Counted from the first letter of the stretch, positions 9,399 through 18,642 are shown. The stretch: 64,000 nt of DNA from Alphaproteobacteria bacterium (GCA_965200495.1 CBDAUG010000001.1:1191406-1255405); one strand, 5' to 3'. Program-made: numbers and translations. The notes: generated by a model not told the origin, from the letters alone.

Positions 9399-10844
9399 AT
9401 GAGCAGGGGCACCACTGTCTTTGCCCTTATTGTCTCCGTGCTGCTCATCGCTGTAGCCGGTGTGCTCAACATGCTGGCAAGGCAGAGCGGGGAAGCCGTC
9501 CTCGCCGATGCGGTGACGATGGCAACGGAGATTCGCGACGGCGTACGGGAAGCGGGAGTACCCGCTGTCAACGGAGTCCTGGAGACGGCATCACGCTTGC
9601 GGGCGACCCTTGATGCCGTTTCGGATCCTCAAGAAGACCTTGCCGGCAAGGTTGATGCATTGCGGGAGCGGCTGCAGCGGAGAGAGCGTGCAGCCGAAGC
9701 CCTCGGCGATGCTGATTCGTCGCTTTCCGAGGCGATCGATGTCTGGAAATCGGCGGTTGCCAGAGCCGGGAAGGGGGCATCGGACCTGGCCGGACTCGTG
9801 GAGGGCATGGACCGGTATCTCGCCGGAACCGGCCCTGCCCCGAGCCTTGAATCTGTCCGTTCCCACGGTGATGTGGCGCTTGTTGCGGCAGCAAACAGTC
9901 TGGTGAGCGAAAAGCGCGCTCTGGATGCGCTGCTCGAGGGGCTGGCTGCCAACAGGGTGACCGGTGCAGCCGAGCAACTCGTCATGTCCCTGGAGATCGA
10001 GCGCGGCCGCCGGGCGCTTGTCGCCCGCAACTATGATGATGCGACGGTTGCCGCCTTTGGTGCTCTGGCGCTGGTCTGGGTTCTGCTTGGCATCCGCGGG
10101 CGACGCCCCGGTGAGCCGGCGCAACACAAAGCCGATCCCGTCAGGGGAACACTGCTGATCCGCGGAACGGCGGCAGCGGTGGCGATGCGGGCGCAACGTC
10201 TCGCCGCGCACACCAATGCGCTGAGAGAGACCCGCCAGAGACTTGGAAACGCCATCGTCGAGGCCGGGCTGGACCGGTCGCTCAACGATGATGCTTCCCT
10301 TCACCTGGAAGTGGAAAACCTGGACGGTCATCTCGCCTGCCTGCGCGATGAAACCGGCGAACTGTCGTCTCTGGGCAAGCGCCTGTGGACTCTTGCCGGG
10401 GGGGCAGCGCAGGCGTCGACAGCCAGTATCAACGCGTGCATCAGGGAAGCGCTCGAGGCGATCAGGGCAGGCCACCGGATTCCTGTCATGACGGAACTTG
10501 CCGATGTCGGTGATGTCAGAGGTGTGGCATCCGACATCGTGCTGGCCCTGACGGCCCTGATCGAACGTGTCCTCACGGCGTCGCGGGAAGCAGGAATGGA
10601 CCACAGCGCCATTCGCGTCTTCAGCGCGGCCAGTGATGACCGGGTGCATGTCACGATCACCGGAGGCGCTCCCCTTCCACAGTTCACGGAGCGTACGTTC
10701 AGGCCGTACGGCGCCTCTCACGAGCTGGCACTGGCTATCGCTCTCCTCAGACGTCATGGCGGCAGCGTGATCCTGGGTTCGTCCATCGCCGGGGAGGCCT
10801 CGGCGCGCATATCCCTTGTCGCCGCATCGGGAGATCAGACATGA
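9399..10844 (+). CDS. Membrane-anchored sensor-histidine-kinase-like protein with degenerate (probably inactive) HATPase domain
   Basis: ORF 9348..10844, start at the ATG at 9399, preceded by a GGGGAGG RBS. Topology is TM1 (aa 5-25), a roughly 190 aa extracytoplasmic coiled-coil-rich region, TM2 (about aa 215-235), and a cytoplasmic region with a DHp-like helix (AAHTNALRETRQRL). The CA-like domain has an N-box LTALIERVLT (Asn lost), a G1 box TITGGAP (Asp lost) and a G2 box ASHELALAIA (degenerate). Its stop overlaps the next gene's start (ATGA at 10841-10844). Confidence 0.6.
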   Translation: MSRGTTVFALIVSVLLIAVAGVLNMLARQSGEAVLADAVTMATEIRDGVREAGVPAVNGVLETASRLRATLDAVSDPQEDLAGKVDALRERLQRRERAAEALGDADSSLSEAIDVWKSAVARAGKGASDLAGLVEGMDRYLAGTGPAPSLESVRSHGDVALVAAANSLVSEKRALDALLEGLAANRVTGAAEQLVMSLEIERGRRALVARNYDDATVAAFGALALVWVLLGIRGRRPGEPAQHKADPVRGTLLIRGTAAAVAMRAQRLAAHTNALRETRQRLGNAIVEAGLDRSLNDDASLHLEVENLDGHLACLRDETGELSSLGKRLWTLAGGAAQASTASINACIREALEAIRAGHRIPVMTELADVGDVRGVASDIVLALTALIERVLTASREAGMDHSAIRVFSAASDDRVHVTITGGAPLPQFTERTFRPYGASHELALAIALLRRHGGSVILGSSIAGEASARISLVAASGDQT

Positions 10845-12832
10845 AGGCGCTGCGCTTTCGGGTTCGCAACTATCGCAACATCGAGGACAGCGGCTGGGTA
10901 CCACTCGATCCGGTCACGGTCCTTGTCGGACGCAACGAGTCGGGAAAGACCTCCCTGCTGAAGGCGCTCAACAAGTTCAATCCGGGAACGGCGGAAACCT
11001 TTGACGCTCAGCGCGAATTTCCGCGTGACCGCTATACGCGCGACTATGTCCTTGCCGGTTCCACGGGCGCGGAGTGGCCTGTCTGTTCCATCGAGTTCGA
11101 GATTCCCGACCAGCAGAAACGCGATATCGCAACCCTGCTGGGTCCGGACCGGGCGGTGCCCGAGAAGGTCACCGTCACGCGCCACTACGACGGCTCTCTC
11201 GCATTTTCCTACATGCCTCAGATCGGGGCCAAACCGGCAGGGCCGGATCCTCTCATGGGGGCTCTCGAGGATCTGGCGCTTTCTGACGATTCGCCGCGCC
11301 TGGCTGCATGGGCCAGCGCGTGGCACGATCGGTTGAGCAAGATTGATGACGTCACAAGCGCTGCCGGCCGTGCCGCTCTGGCCGAAATCGACGCAGAGAT
11401 TTCCGGCCTCGGTGATGAACGGCTCGGCGCTCTCGGTGCGATCGTCGCCGCCATGCTGCGGATGCCCTTCGCAAGCAGGGTGATCGATCACGTCAACGCC
11501 CTGGTGGAACGCGAGCTGCCGCGGCTCGTCTACTTCGAGAACTATGGCGTTCTCGACAGTGCCATCTGGCTGCCGGAGATGTTGCGGGGCCTTGAACGCG
11601 AGGAACCGGAACCGCGGTTCCGAACCGCCCTTGCGCTCTTTCGTCATGCGGGCCTTGATCCGCGGGACATCGCGGAACTCGCCTCCCCGGGCAACACGGC
11701 GCCGGGCGAAGACATGCAACGCAAGATGGAGGAGCGGGCCATCCGTCTCAATGCCGCGTCGGTCGACATCAGCCGTCGCTGCAGCGCGTTGTGGTCGCAG
11801 AGGCGCCATCGCATCCGGTATCACGTCGACGGAGATTACTTTCGCATCAGGGTTGCTGACGATTCGCTGGAGGACGTGGAGATCGAGCTGGAATCCCGCG
11901 GCAAGGGTTTCCAGTGGTTCCTCTCGTTTTTCCTCGTCTTTGCCGCGGAGTCGGAGGGCGCCATGGGCGACGCCATCATCCTGCTGGACGAACCCGGCCT
12001 CAGCCTTCACCCGACGGCACAACGTGAACTGCTGGCGTTCTTCGAGCGTTTGTCCGCCGAAAACCAGGTCATCTACACAACGCATTCACCGTTTCTTGTC
12101 GACGGTGATCATCTCGAGCGGGTGCGTCCGGTGTTCGAGGAGGACAACGGGCGTGCCCGCATCCTCAAGGGTTCATGGCCCGCCCATCCCGAAACGGTGT
12201 TCGCGCTCAAGGCGGCTGCCGGATATGCGATGTTCGATTCCCTTGCGCAACGTGGTCGGGCGCTGCTTGTCGAACAGGTCAGCGACGCCTGTTACCTCGA
12301 GGCGCTGTCGCGGCACTGTGGCAGAACGGGGAGGAGCGCGCTGGACGATTCCGTCGACGTGGTGCCCTGTGGCGGTGCGGCGGTGTGCGGTTATCTGGCA
12401 TCCCTCCTCATGGCCGAGCACCGGCGTCCGCTGATCCTCTTCGACGGCACGGACGCCGGGCGCCTGCGGCGGCATGGACTGGTGAAGGGCCTCCTCGACG
12501 AGGGAGACAGTTCGATTGTTCTCCTCGACGAAGCTCTCGGCTGGTCCGGACATGATATGTGCCTCGAGGATCTCTTCGGCGAGAGCATCATCCTCGAGTG
12601 TCTCGGCACTGCGACCGGGATCAGGCTGTCGCTTGCCCATGACGCTGATCGGGCGAGCCTCGTCGGTCGCATCGAGAGCGCAGCAGCGACGGCAAACATT
12701 GCGCTTCCCCGATCCTGGCGGTTGGACACGGCCCTGACGGTGACGTTGTCGCAAGTGTCCCTGCCGGACGACGTCCTCGATTCGGCCTCGCTTCTCTTCA
12801 CGAAGCTTGCCGGTGACGACCAGGGACAATGA
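10841..12832 (+). CDS. OLD-family nuclease-like protein: N-terminal ABC-type (AAA_15/AAA_21) ATPase plus C-terminal Toprim-like domain
   Basis: 663 aa. Walker A GRNESGKTS at aa 30-38. An OLD/AAA_21-type Walker B/signature ILLDEPGLSLHP and an H-loop YTTHSP. The C-terminal about 200 aa has Toprim-like motifs (LLVEQVSD, VVPCGG, ILFDGTD, VLLDEA). Translationally coupled to the upstream gene. Confidence 0.65.
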   Translation: MKALRFRVRNYRNIEDSGWVPLDPVTVLVGRNESGKTSLLKALNKFNPGTAETFDAQREFPRDRYTRDYVLAGSTGAEWPVCSIEFEIPDQQKRDIATLLGPDRAVPEKVTVTRHYDGSLAFSYMPQIGAKPAGPDPLMGALEDLALSDDSPRLAAWASAWHDRLSKIDDVTSAAGRAALAEIDAEISGLGDERLGALGAIVAAMLRMPFASRVIDHVNALVERELPRLVYFENYGVLDSAIWLPEMLRGLEREEPEPRFRTALALFRHAGLDPRDIAELASPGNTAPGEDMQRKMEERAIRLNAASVDISRRCSALWSQRRHRIRYHVDGDYFRIRVADDSLEDVEIELESRGKGFQWFLSFFLVFAAESEGAMGDAIILLDEPGLSLHPTAQRELLAFFERLSAENQVIYTTHSPFLVDGDHLERVRPVFEEDNGRARILKGSWPAHPETVFALKAAAGYAMFDSLAQRGRALLVEQVSDACYLEALSRHCGRTGRSALDDSVDVVPCGGAAVCGYLASLLMAEHRRPLILFDGTDAGRLRRHGLVKGLLDEGDSSIVLLDEALGWSGHDMCLEDLFGESIILECLGTATGIRLSLAHDADRASLVGRIESAAATANIALPRSWRLDTALTVTLSQVSLPDDVLDSASLLFTKLAGDDQGQ

Positions 12833-13077
12833 ACGGCAGATTGATCCCATTCCAGGGTTTCGTCTCTGGAACCCGCCGCTGTTGGTGATGCCGACCGTCT
12901 TCTTCATCGCCAGACCCGTTGCCGATGTCGCGCACGGCACTGCGAGCACCCGGACATTGCCGGCATGGAGGCGGAGTTTGTCGATCGAACGATCCGTTGA
13001 TGCGGTTTGCATTGGCGCCGTGAAGTGGCTATAAGCAGCAATAGCAGGAAACTTCGTTTCATCAGAGGAAACAGACC

Positions 13078-13989
13078 ATGTGCGGAATCGCCGGTATCCT
13101 GTTGAAGAACGGGGACAGTGGCATCGACACCGGGACGGCGCTGGTCGACATGCTCGACGGCTGTCAGCACCGCGGACCGGACTCGACCGGCTTCGCCCTT
13201 TACGAGAGTGGCGAGGAAGGCCATCTCAAGCTGCGGTTTCAGGTCGGGTCCGACAACGAGGCGGGCGACGCCATCGCAGCCCTCAAGAAGGTTCTCGACG
13301 AACACGCCGCCGAGGTCGTCGAGGAAGAACGCATCGCTGGCAGCTATCGGGTCGTGGTGCGTTTCAGCGGTGACCTGCAGGCGTTCTCCTACGCCGTAGA
13401 GCAGGCCGCCAAGGTGGTGTCGATCGGCGAGAGCCTGGAGATCGTGAAAGACGTGGGCGGCGCCCATGACGTCGACGACACCTATGACGTCCATCTGTTC
13501 AGGGGCTCGCACGGTCTGGGGCATGTGCGCCTTGCCACCGAATCGGATGTCAAGCCGGAGGCCTCGCACCCCTTCTGGGCGACCGGATTTGCCGATGTCG
13601 CGATTGTCCACAACGGACAGATCACGAATTACTGGAAGATGCGCCGTCGTCTCGAACGCCGCGGGTTCGCGTTCGCGACGGACAACGACAGCGAACTCAT
13701 TGCCGTCTATCTGGCCGACAAGATGAGTCAGGGGATTGCCCTCAAGGACTCCCTGGCCTCGTCCATTGATGACATGGACGGAACATTCTCCTTTCTTGTG
13801 TCGACCCGTGACGAGATCGGCTATGCGAAGGATCGGCTTGCTGCCAAGCCGATGATCATGTTCGAGAACGATGACCTGATTGCCATTGCCTCTGAAGAGG
13901 TCTCGCTCAATCGCCTGTTCCCGGGCCGCGCACTCGATACCCGTGAACCGCCTCCGGGAAGCTACAGAACATGGTCACGATCGATCTGA
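13078..13989 (+). CDS. Class-II (Ntn) glutamine amidotransferase domain protein, GlxB/MgsA-like glutamate-synthase-type
   Basis: Starts MCGIAGI, with a catalytic N-terminal Cys after Met. 303 aa. GAGGAAACAGACC RBS. First gene of a glutamate-synthase-like operon. Confidence 0.8.
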   Translation: MCGIAGILLKNGDSGIDTGTALVDMLDGCQHRGPDSTGFALYESGEEGHLKLRFQVGSDNEAGDAIAALKKVLDEHAAEVVEEERIAGSYRVVVRFSGDLQAFSYAVEQAAKVVSIGESLEIVKDVGGAHDVDDTYDVHLFRGSHGLGHVRLATESDVKPEASHPFWATGFADVAIVHNGQITNYWKMRRRLERRGFAFATDNDSELIAVYLADKMSQGIALKDSLASSIDDMDGTFSFLVSTRDEIGYAKDRLAAKPMIMFENDDLIAIASEEVSLNRLFPGRALDTREPPPGSYRTWSRSI

Positions 13990-15944
13990 AGAACCTGTCG
14001 ACCCGCGAAGCCAACGAGAGCATTCGCGAGGCTGCGGCACGGGGCGAGACCATCGAGGTTCTCAATCCGGACGCTCGCCATCACATCGGTGTCGGCGTCA
14101 TTCACCCGGTTGATATCCATGTCCGTGGATCTGCCGGATACTTCTGCGCCGGACTGACCGACACACCGCGCTTTCACGTTGAACGCAATGCCGGCTGGGG
14201 GCTGGCAGACAACATGTACCGGGGATCCGTCGTGGTGGGCGGCAACGCCGGCGCCATCGCCGGGGTGGCGATCCGCGGCGCGGAAGTGGTGATCCGGGGC
14301 AACATGGGGTCGCGGGCCGGACAGGTCATGAAAAAAGGGACACTGCTGTGCTGCGGCAACGCCAACTTCATGGCCGGCTACATGATGTATGGCGGACGCC
14401 TGATCATCCTGGGCGAGTCGGGTGAGCGCCTCGGCGAGGACATGACGGGAGGCGAGATCTTCCTTGGCGGCGACCTCGTGTCGCTGGGGTCCGACGCCAT
14501 GGAGATCGATATCGCGCAAGACGAGATGGACGAGGTCCGGGCCTTTCTCGACCGCTACGAGATTGCCTTCCGTGGCGGGTTCCGCAAGATCGTGAATGCC
14601 GGAAAGAAACTGCGCTACGGCACCCCGGAGCGCCAGGTGCGCTCGATTCCCTACTTCAACTTTTCCGGCTCCAGCGATTACTGGAATCACAAGGTCCAGG
14701 AAGACGTCTACATCAAGTCCCAGATCGGACGCTATCGGGTGAGGGGGTACGGCGGCGCCCGCGAACTGCCGCATCTTTCCGACCTTGCCTTTGCCCGGGA
14801 CATCGTTCCGTACGCTGTCGGCGACGATCCGGTCTCCCATGTTCACATGCATACGCTGATTGGCGGCAAGAACGGTGCCAGACCCCTTGACCTGACGATG
14901 CCTGTGCTCATTGCTCCGATGAGCTACGGCGCTCTTTCGCGCTCCGCCAAGCAGGCGGTCGCCATCGCATCGGGCATGGCGGGGATCGCCGAGAATACCG
15001 GGGAAGGCGGCATGAGCGACGCGCAGCGTGACGCGGCAGGTCAGCTCATCTTCCAGATGCTCGGTGGCCGTCTGGGCTGGAACATCCACGACATGAACCG
15101 GGCGGACGGCCTGGAGATCTACATTTCCCAGGGCGCCAAGCCGGGATTCGGCGGCCAGCTCATGGCCAAGAAGGTGACGAAGGAACTGGCCGAGATCCGT
15201 GGCATCCCGGCCGGCATCGACCTTCGTTCACCATCACGCCATCCCGACATCCTGGGCGCCGACGATCTCGTCATCAAGGTCGAGGAGTTGCGCGAGGCGA
15301 CGGGCTACCGCCTGCCGGTCAGCGTCAAGCTGGGGGCGGGCCGCATCCACGACGACATCAAGATTGCCGTCAAGGACGGCTTCGATTTCGTCGAACTCGA
15401 CGGCATGCAGGGTTCGACCGGCGCCGGCGGCGCCGAGGTGATGGAGTATGTCGGCATCCCGACGATCTCTGCCATCTGCGAGGCAGAACGCGCCCTCGCC
15501 TCCATCGGCCGCCGCAAGGATATCGAGATCGTTCTCATGGGAGGGCTGAGAGACGGGGTTGATGCTGTCAAGGCCATGTGCCTGGGGGCCGATGCCGTGG
15601 CGCTGGGGACCGCCGCCATCATTGCCGGTGGCTGCATTGCCTGCATGCAGTGTCATGTCGGCCAGTGTGTCACCGGTATCGCCACCCAGGATCCCGACCA
15701 CGAGAAGCGCTACAAGCCCGAAATCGAGGCGCAGCACATCTATACTTTCCTTGAAAGCGTACGCTGGCAGATCGCGGCCATCACATGGGGATTGGGATAT
15801 GATGACGTACGTGGTCCGTGCCGCGATGACCTCGTCGCTCTCACACCTGAAGCGGCCGAGATTACCGGCCTTGCGCTGCGCCCGGAACGCCGGGCTGCCA
15901 GACTGCCGGAGACCGATGCAGCAATGGAACGGGTCCTTCGATGA
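13971..15944 (+). CDS. Fused GXGXG-domain (GlxC/MgsB-like) and FMN-binding glutamate-synthase central domain (GlxD/MgsC-like) protein
   Basis: 657 aa. The N-terminal about 230 aa has repeated G-x-G motifs (VVVGGNAGAIAG, VIRGNMGSRAG, LLCCGNANFMAG) typical of the GltB C-terminal GXGXG domain. The remainder has FMN-domain motifs (ISQGAKPGFGGQL, LDGMQGSTGAGG, GGLRDGVDAVKAMCLGADAV, CHVGQCVTGIATQD). The 19-nt overlap with the upstream gene is consistent with co-translation. Confidence 0.8.
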   Translation: MVTIDLKNLSTREANESIREAAARGETIEVLNPDARHHIGVGVIHPVDIHVRGSAGYFCAGLTDTPRFHVERNAGWGLADNMYRGSVVVGGNAGAIAGVAIRGAEVVIRGNMGSRAGQVMKKGTLLCCGNANFMAGYMMYGGRLIILGESGERLGEDMTGGEIFLGGDLVSLGSDAMEIDIAQDEMDEVRAFLDRYEIAFRGGFRKIVNAGKKLRYGTPERQVRSIPYFNFSGSSDYWNHKVQEDVYIKSQIGRYRVRGYGGARELPHLSDLAFARDIVPYAVGDDPVSHVHMHTLIGGKNGARPLDLTMPVLIAPMSYGALSRSAKQAVAIASGMAGIAENTGEGGMSDAQRDAAGQLIFQMLGGRLGWNIHDMNRADGLEIYISQGAKPGFGGQLMAKKVTKELAEIRGIPAGIDLRSPSRHPDILGADDLVIKVEELREATGYRLPVSVKLGAGRIHDDIKIAVKDGFDFVELDGMQGSTGAGGAEVMEYVGIPTISAICEAERALASIGRRKDIEIVLMGGLRDGVDAVKAMCLGADAVALGTAAIIAGGCIACMQCHVGQCVTGIATQDPDHEKRYKPEIEAQHIYTFLESVRWQIAAITWGLGYDDVRGPCRDDLVALTPEAAEITGLALRPERRAARLPETDAAMERVLR

Positions 15945-18457
15945 CGGATGCCAACATCCTGCCCGAGGAGCTCGCGGACGATACAGCCGACCGGCATTTC
16001 GTGCCCGCCCCCTGCCAGATCGCCTGCCCGGTCGGCACGGATGCGCCATCCTACATTGCCCATATCTGGGAGGGCAGGTTTGCCGAGGCCTTCGAGGCCA
16101 TCACGGCGACCAACCCGTTCAGCTCTATCTGCGGGCGCGTCTGCGATGCACCCTGTGAGCCGGCGTGTCGGCGCGCCTCAAGCGATGGCCCCTTGCAGAT
16201 CCGCAATCTCAAGCGCTTTGTCATGGACAGGCTCGGGGCCGAATGGGTGCCGGCAGCGGCGGCTGTGACCCGTGAAGAGAGTATCGGCATCGTTGGAGCC
16301 GGGCCGGCCGGACTGGTGGCGGCCCACGATCTTGCCGTTGCCGGCTTCAGGGTCGATGTCTACGAGATGACCGACCGTCCCGGCGGCATGATGATCTGGG
16401 GCATTCCGGCGTTTCGGTTGCCGGCGGGAACCCTGAAGGAAGATATGGACAGGCTGAAGGCCCGCTGTCCCGGTCTTTCCATCCACACGAATATTGCCCT
16501 GGGCCAGGACGTCACGCTTGCCGAGCTCAAGGAACGCCACGCTGCGGTGGGACTCACCATTGGTTCCTGGTGGGGCAAGACCATGGGGATTCCCGGTGAG
16601 GATGACGACCGCGTGATCGACGGCGTCGAGTTCCTGCGCCGGGTGAACGCAGGAGAACGCCCCGACATGCCGGCAACGGTCGTCGTCATTGGCGGCGGCG
16701 ATGTCGCCATGGATGCCTGCCGTGCCGCCCTGCGTTTGCCGGGGTGCGAGGAGGTCAAGGTCATCTACCGCCGCGGGCCGGAAGATATCCCGGCGCGGAA
16801 GATCGAACTCGAGGGCGCCATCGAGGAGGGCATCGAGTTCATCTACAACACGCAGCAGGTCGGCGTTCTTGCCGACAACGAGAACAGCTTGAGACTACGC
16901 TGTGTTCGCACCAAGGCTGGCGAACCGGATGCAGACGGCCGTCGCCGGCCGGTGACGGTCGAGGGATCCGAGCACGACATCAGCTGTGGCATGGTGATCG
17001 CCGCGGTCGGCCAGTATGGCGCCTGCGACGACCCCGCCACCCGGACTCTCATGTCTGACGATCGTGTGCGGACCGACTGGGAGACCATGCGGACCGATGA
17101 TGCGCAGGTCTTTGCCGCCGGTGACGGCGCCTTCGGGGGATCCACCATCGTCATGGCCATGAGCCATGGCCAGCGGCTTGCCTACTACATCAAGGCGTGG
17201 CTCGACGGTATCGACGATCCTGTTCCCTATCGTACGCCGTGGCGGACGCGGCGTGTGCCGGTGGCCCAGGACCTCAAGTGGGAGCTTCTGGGCCTGCATC
17301 ATCCGCCGTTCCACGGTGTTGGCGACAATCCGGTTGCGTTCCCGGAAATCGAGTCGACCTATACCTGGGCCGAAGCCCGCAACGAGGCGGCGCGATGCTA
17401 TCGCTGTGACGCCGAAACAGGCTCGGCGGACTACTCTGTCGCCAACCGGGAGGACATCTTCCTGATGGCGCGGATGAAGCGTGACGATACAACGCGCCAG
17501 GCCGCCATGCTGACCAAGCGCCTGCGGTCGCGCGACAATCCGTTTCCCGCAGATCGTCCGGCCACGGTCGACGATCTGGTTTTCCTGCCGGCCAATCTGT
17601 CGAGGCTGGTGATCGACCCCTATCGCGAGGCCTGCAAGGTGGCGACGGAACTGGGGTCCGGACGCATGGAGCTGGCGCAGCCCTTTTTCGTGACCGGCTT
17701 TGACAACGCGCCGGCCGAAGTGAAGCGGGGGATCGGACGCGGAATTGCAGAAGCGGCAGCGGGCTACATCGGCATGCGGCCGGTCGCCGACGATGTGGCC
17801 TGGCTGCAACTGGTGGTGGAGGGTCAGATTCCGCCACAGGCGGAGGCCGCGGGCCTCATTCATGTCATCGGTCCGCGCTTCGAGGCGCCAGGGAATATCG
17901 GCCGGTTCCGCGACGGGCAGGTCACCGGTCTTGCCGTCTCCCATGCGAGCGCTCTCGAGGATGCCATCGGCTTTGCCCTCGATCAGGACCTCGATGTTCT
18001 CCTGGTCAATGGCAACACCGCCACCGGGCGTGACTGGCCGGAACTGACCGGCGCTCCTGACCTCACGCTCATGCGTGACACCATTGCCTGCCTGCGCCGG
18101 CTCAACCGGGAAGAGGAAATCGATGTCCTCTGGTTTGGCGGCCTGCGTTCCGGAACCGACGCCGCCAAGCTCATCGCCATGGGTGCGAAGTCGCTGGTCA
18201 TGGGCATGACCGTGGCCTTGGCGGCAGGAGCCGAGTTTGACGATTCCCACCGGCTTGCATTTGCCCCCGATATCACGGCCGATGAATGCGCGAGGGCGGT
18301 TGCCAACATCCTGAAGTCGGCAGCGGGCGAGGCGTCGATGATGGCACGTTGCACCGGCAAGACCAATCTCCACAACCTGGAACCCGAAGACCTGCGCGCG
18401 CTCACGCTCGCCACTGCCGAGGCCACCGGACTGATTCTCGCCGGACACGCGTCCTGA
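15941..18457 (+). CDS. GltD-like NAD(P)H-dependent FAD/Fe-S oxidoreductase fused to a degenerate glutamate-synthase FMN-domain-like C-terminal module
   Basis: 838 aa. The N-terminal about 470 aa has Cys clusters (CQIACPVG, CGRVCDAPCEPAC) and dinucleotide folds (IGIVGAGPAGL, VVVIGGGDVAMD) like glutamate synthase small subunit GltD. The C-terminal about 370 aa resembles a GltB FMN barrel (LLVNGNTATG, VLWFGGLRSGTDAAKLIAMGAKSLV) but lacks the canonical GG-GGTGA motif. Start overlaps the upstream stop (ATGA). Confidence 0.7.
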   Translation: MTDANILPEELADDTADRHFVPAPCQIACPVGTDAPSYIAHIWEGRFAEAFEAITATNPFSSICGRVCDAPCEPACRRASSDGPLQIRNLKRFVMDRLGAEWVPAAAAVTREESIGIVGAGPAGLVAAHDLAVAGFRVDVYEMTDRPGGMMIWGIPAFRLPAGTLKEDMDRLKARCPGLSIHTNIALGQDVTLAELKERHAAVGLTIGSWWGKTMGIPGEDDDRVIDGVEFLRRVNAGERPDMPATVVVIGGGDVAMDACRAALRLPGCEEVKVIYRRGPEDIPARKIELEGAIEEGIEFIYNTQQVGVLADNENSLRLRCVRTKAGEPDADGRRRPVTVEGSEHDISCGMVIAAVGQYGACDDPATRTLMSDDRVRTDWETMRTDDAQVFAAGDGAFGGSTIVMAMSHGQRLAYYIKAWLDGIDDPVPYRTPWRTRRVPVAQDLKWELLGLHHPPFHGVGDNPVAFPEIESTYTWAEARNEAARCYRCDAETGSADYSVANREDIFLMARMKRDDTTRQAAMLTKRLRSRDNPFPADRPATVDDLVFLPANLSRLVIDPYREACKVATELGSGRMELAQPFFVTGFDNAPAEVKRGIGRGIAEAAAGYIGMRPVADDVAWLQLVVEGQIPPQAEAAGLIHVIGPRFEAPGNIGRFRDGQVTGLAVSHASALEDAIGFALDQDLDVLLVNGNTATGRDWPELTGAPDLTLMRDTIACLRRLNREEEIDVLWFGGLRSGTDAAKLIAMGAKSLVMGMTVALAAGAEFDDSHRLAFAPDITADECARAVANILKSAAGEASMMARCTGKTNLHNLEPEDLRALTLATAEATGLILAGHAS

Positions 18458-18642
18458 AGCGACCGTCGTCAGGTTCTCCTGACGGATCGCACATCACCAT
18501 GCATCCGTCGCTGACGCCGGGCGCCGTGCGGAAGCGACCGTCTTCAGGTGTTCTCCGAAACACTGTTTCATGTTCCGGGGCACGTGCTCCCAGGCATTCA
18601 TGACCGGTTTTCGTGGCGGGCCGCACAACACGGCGCGACCGT

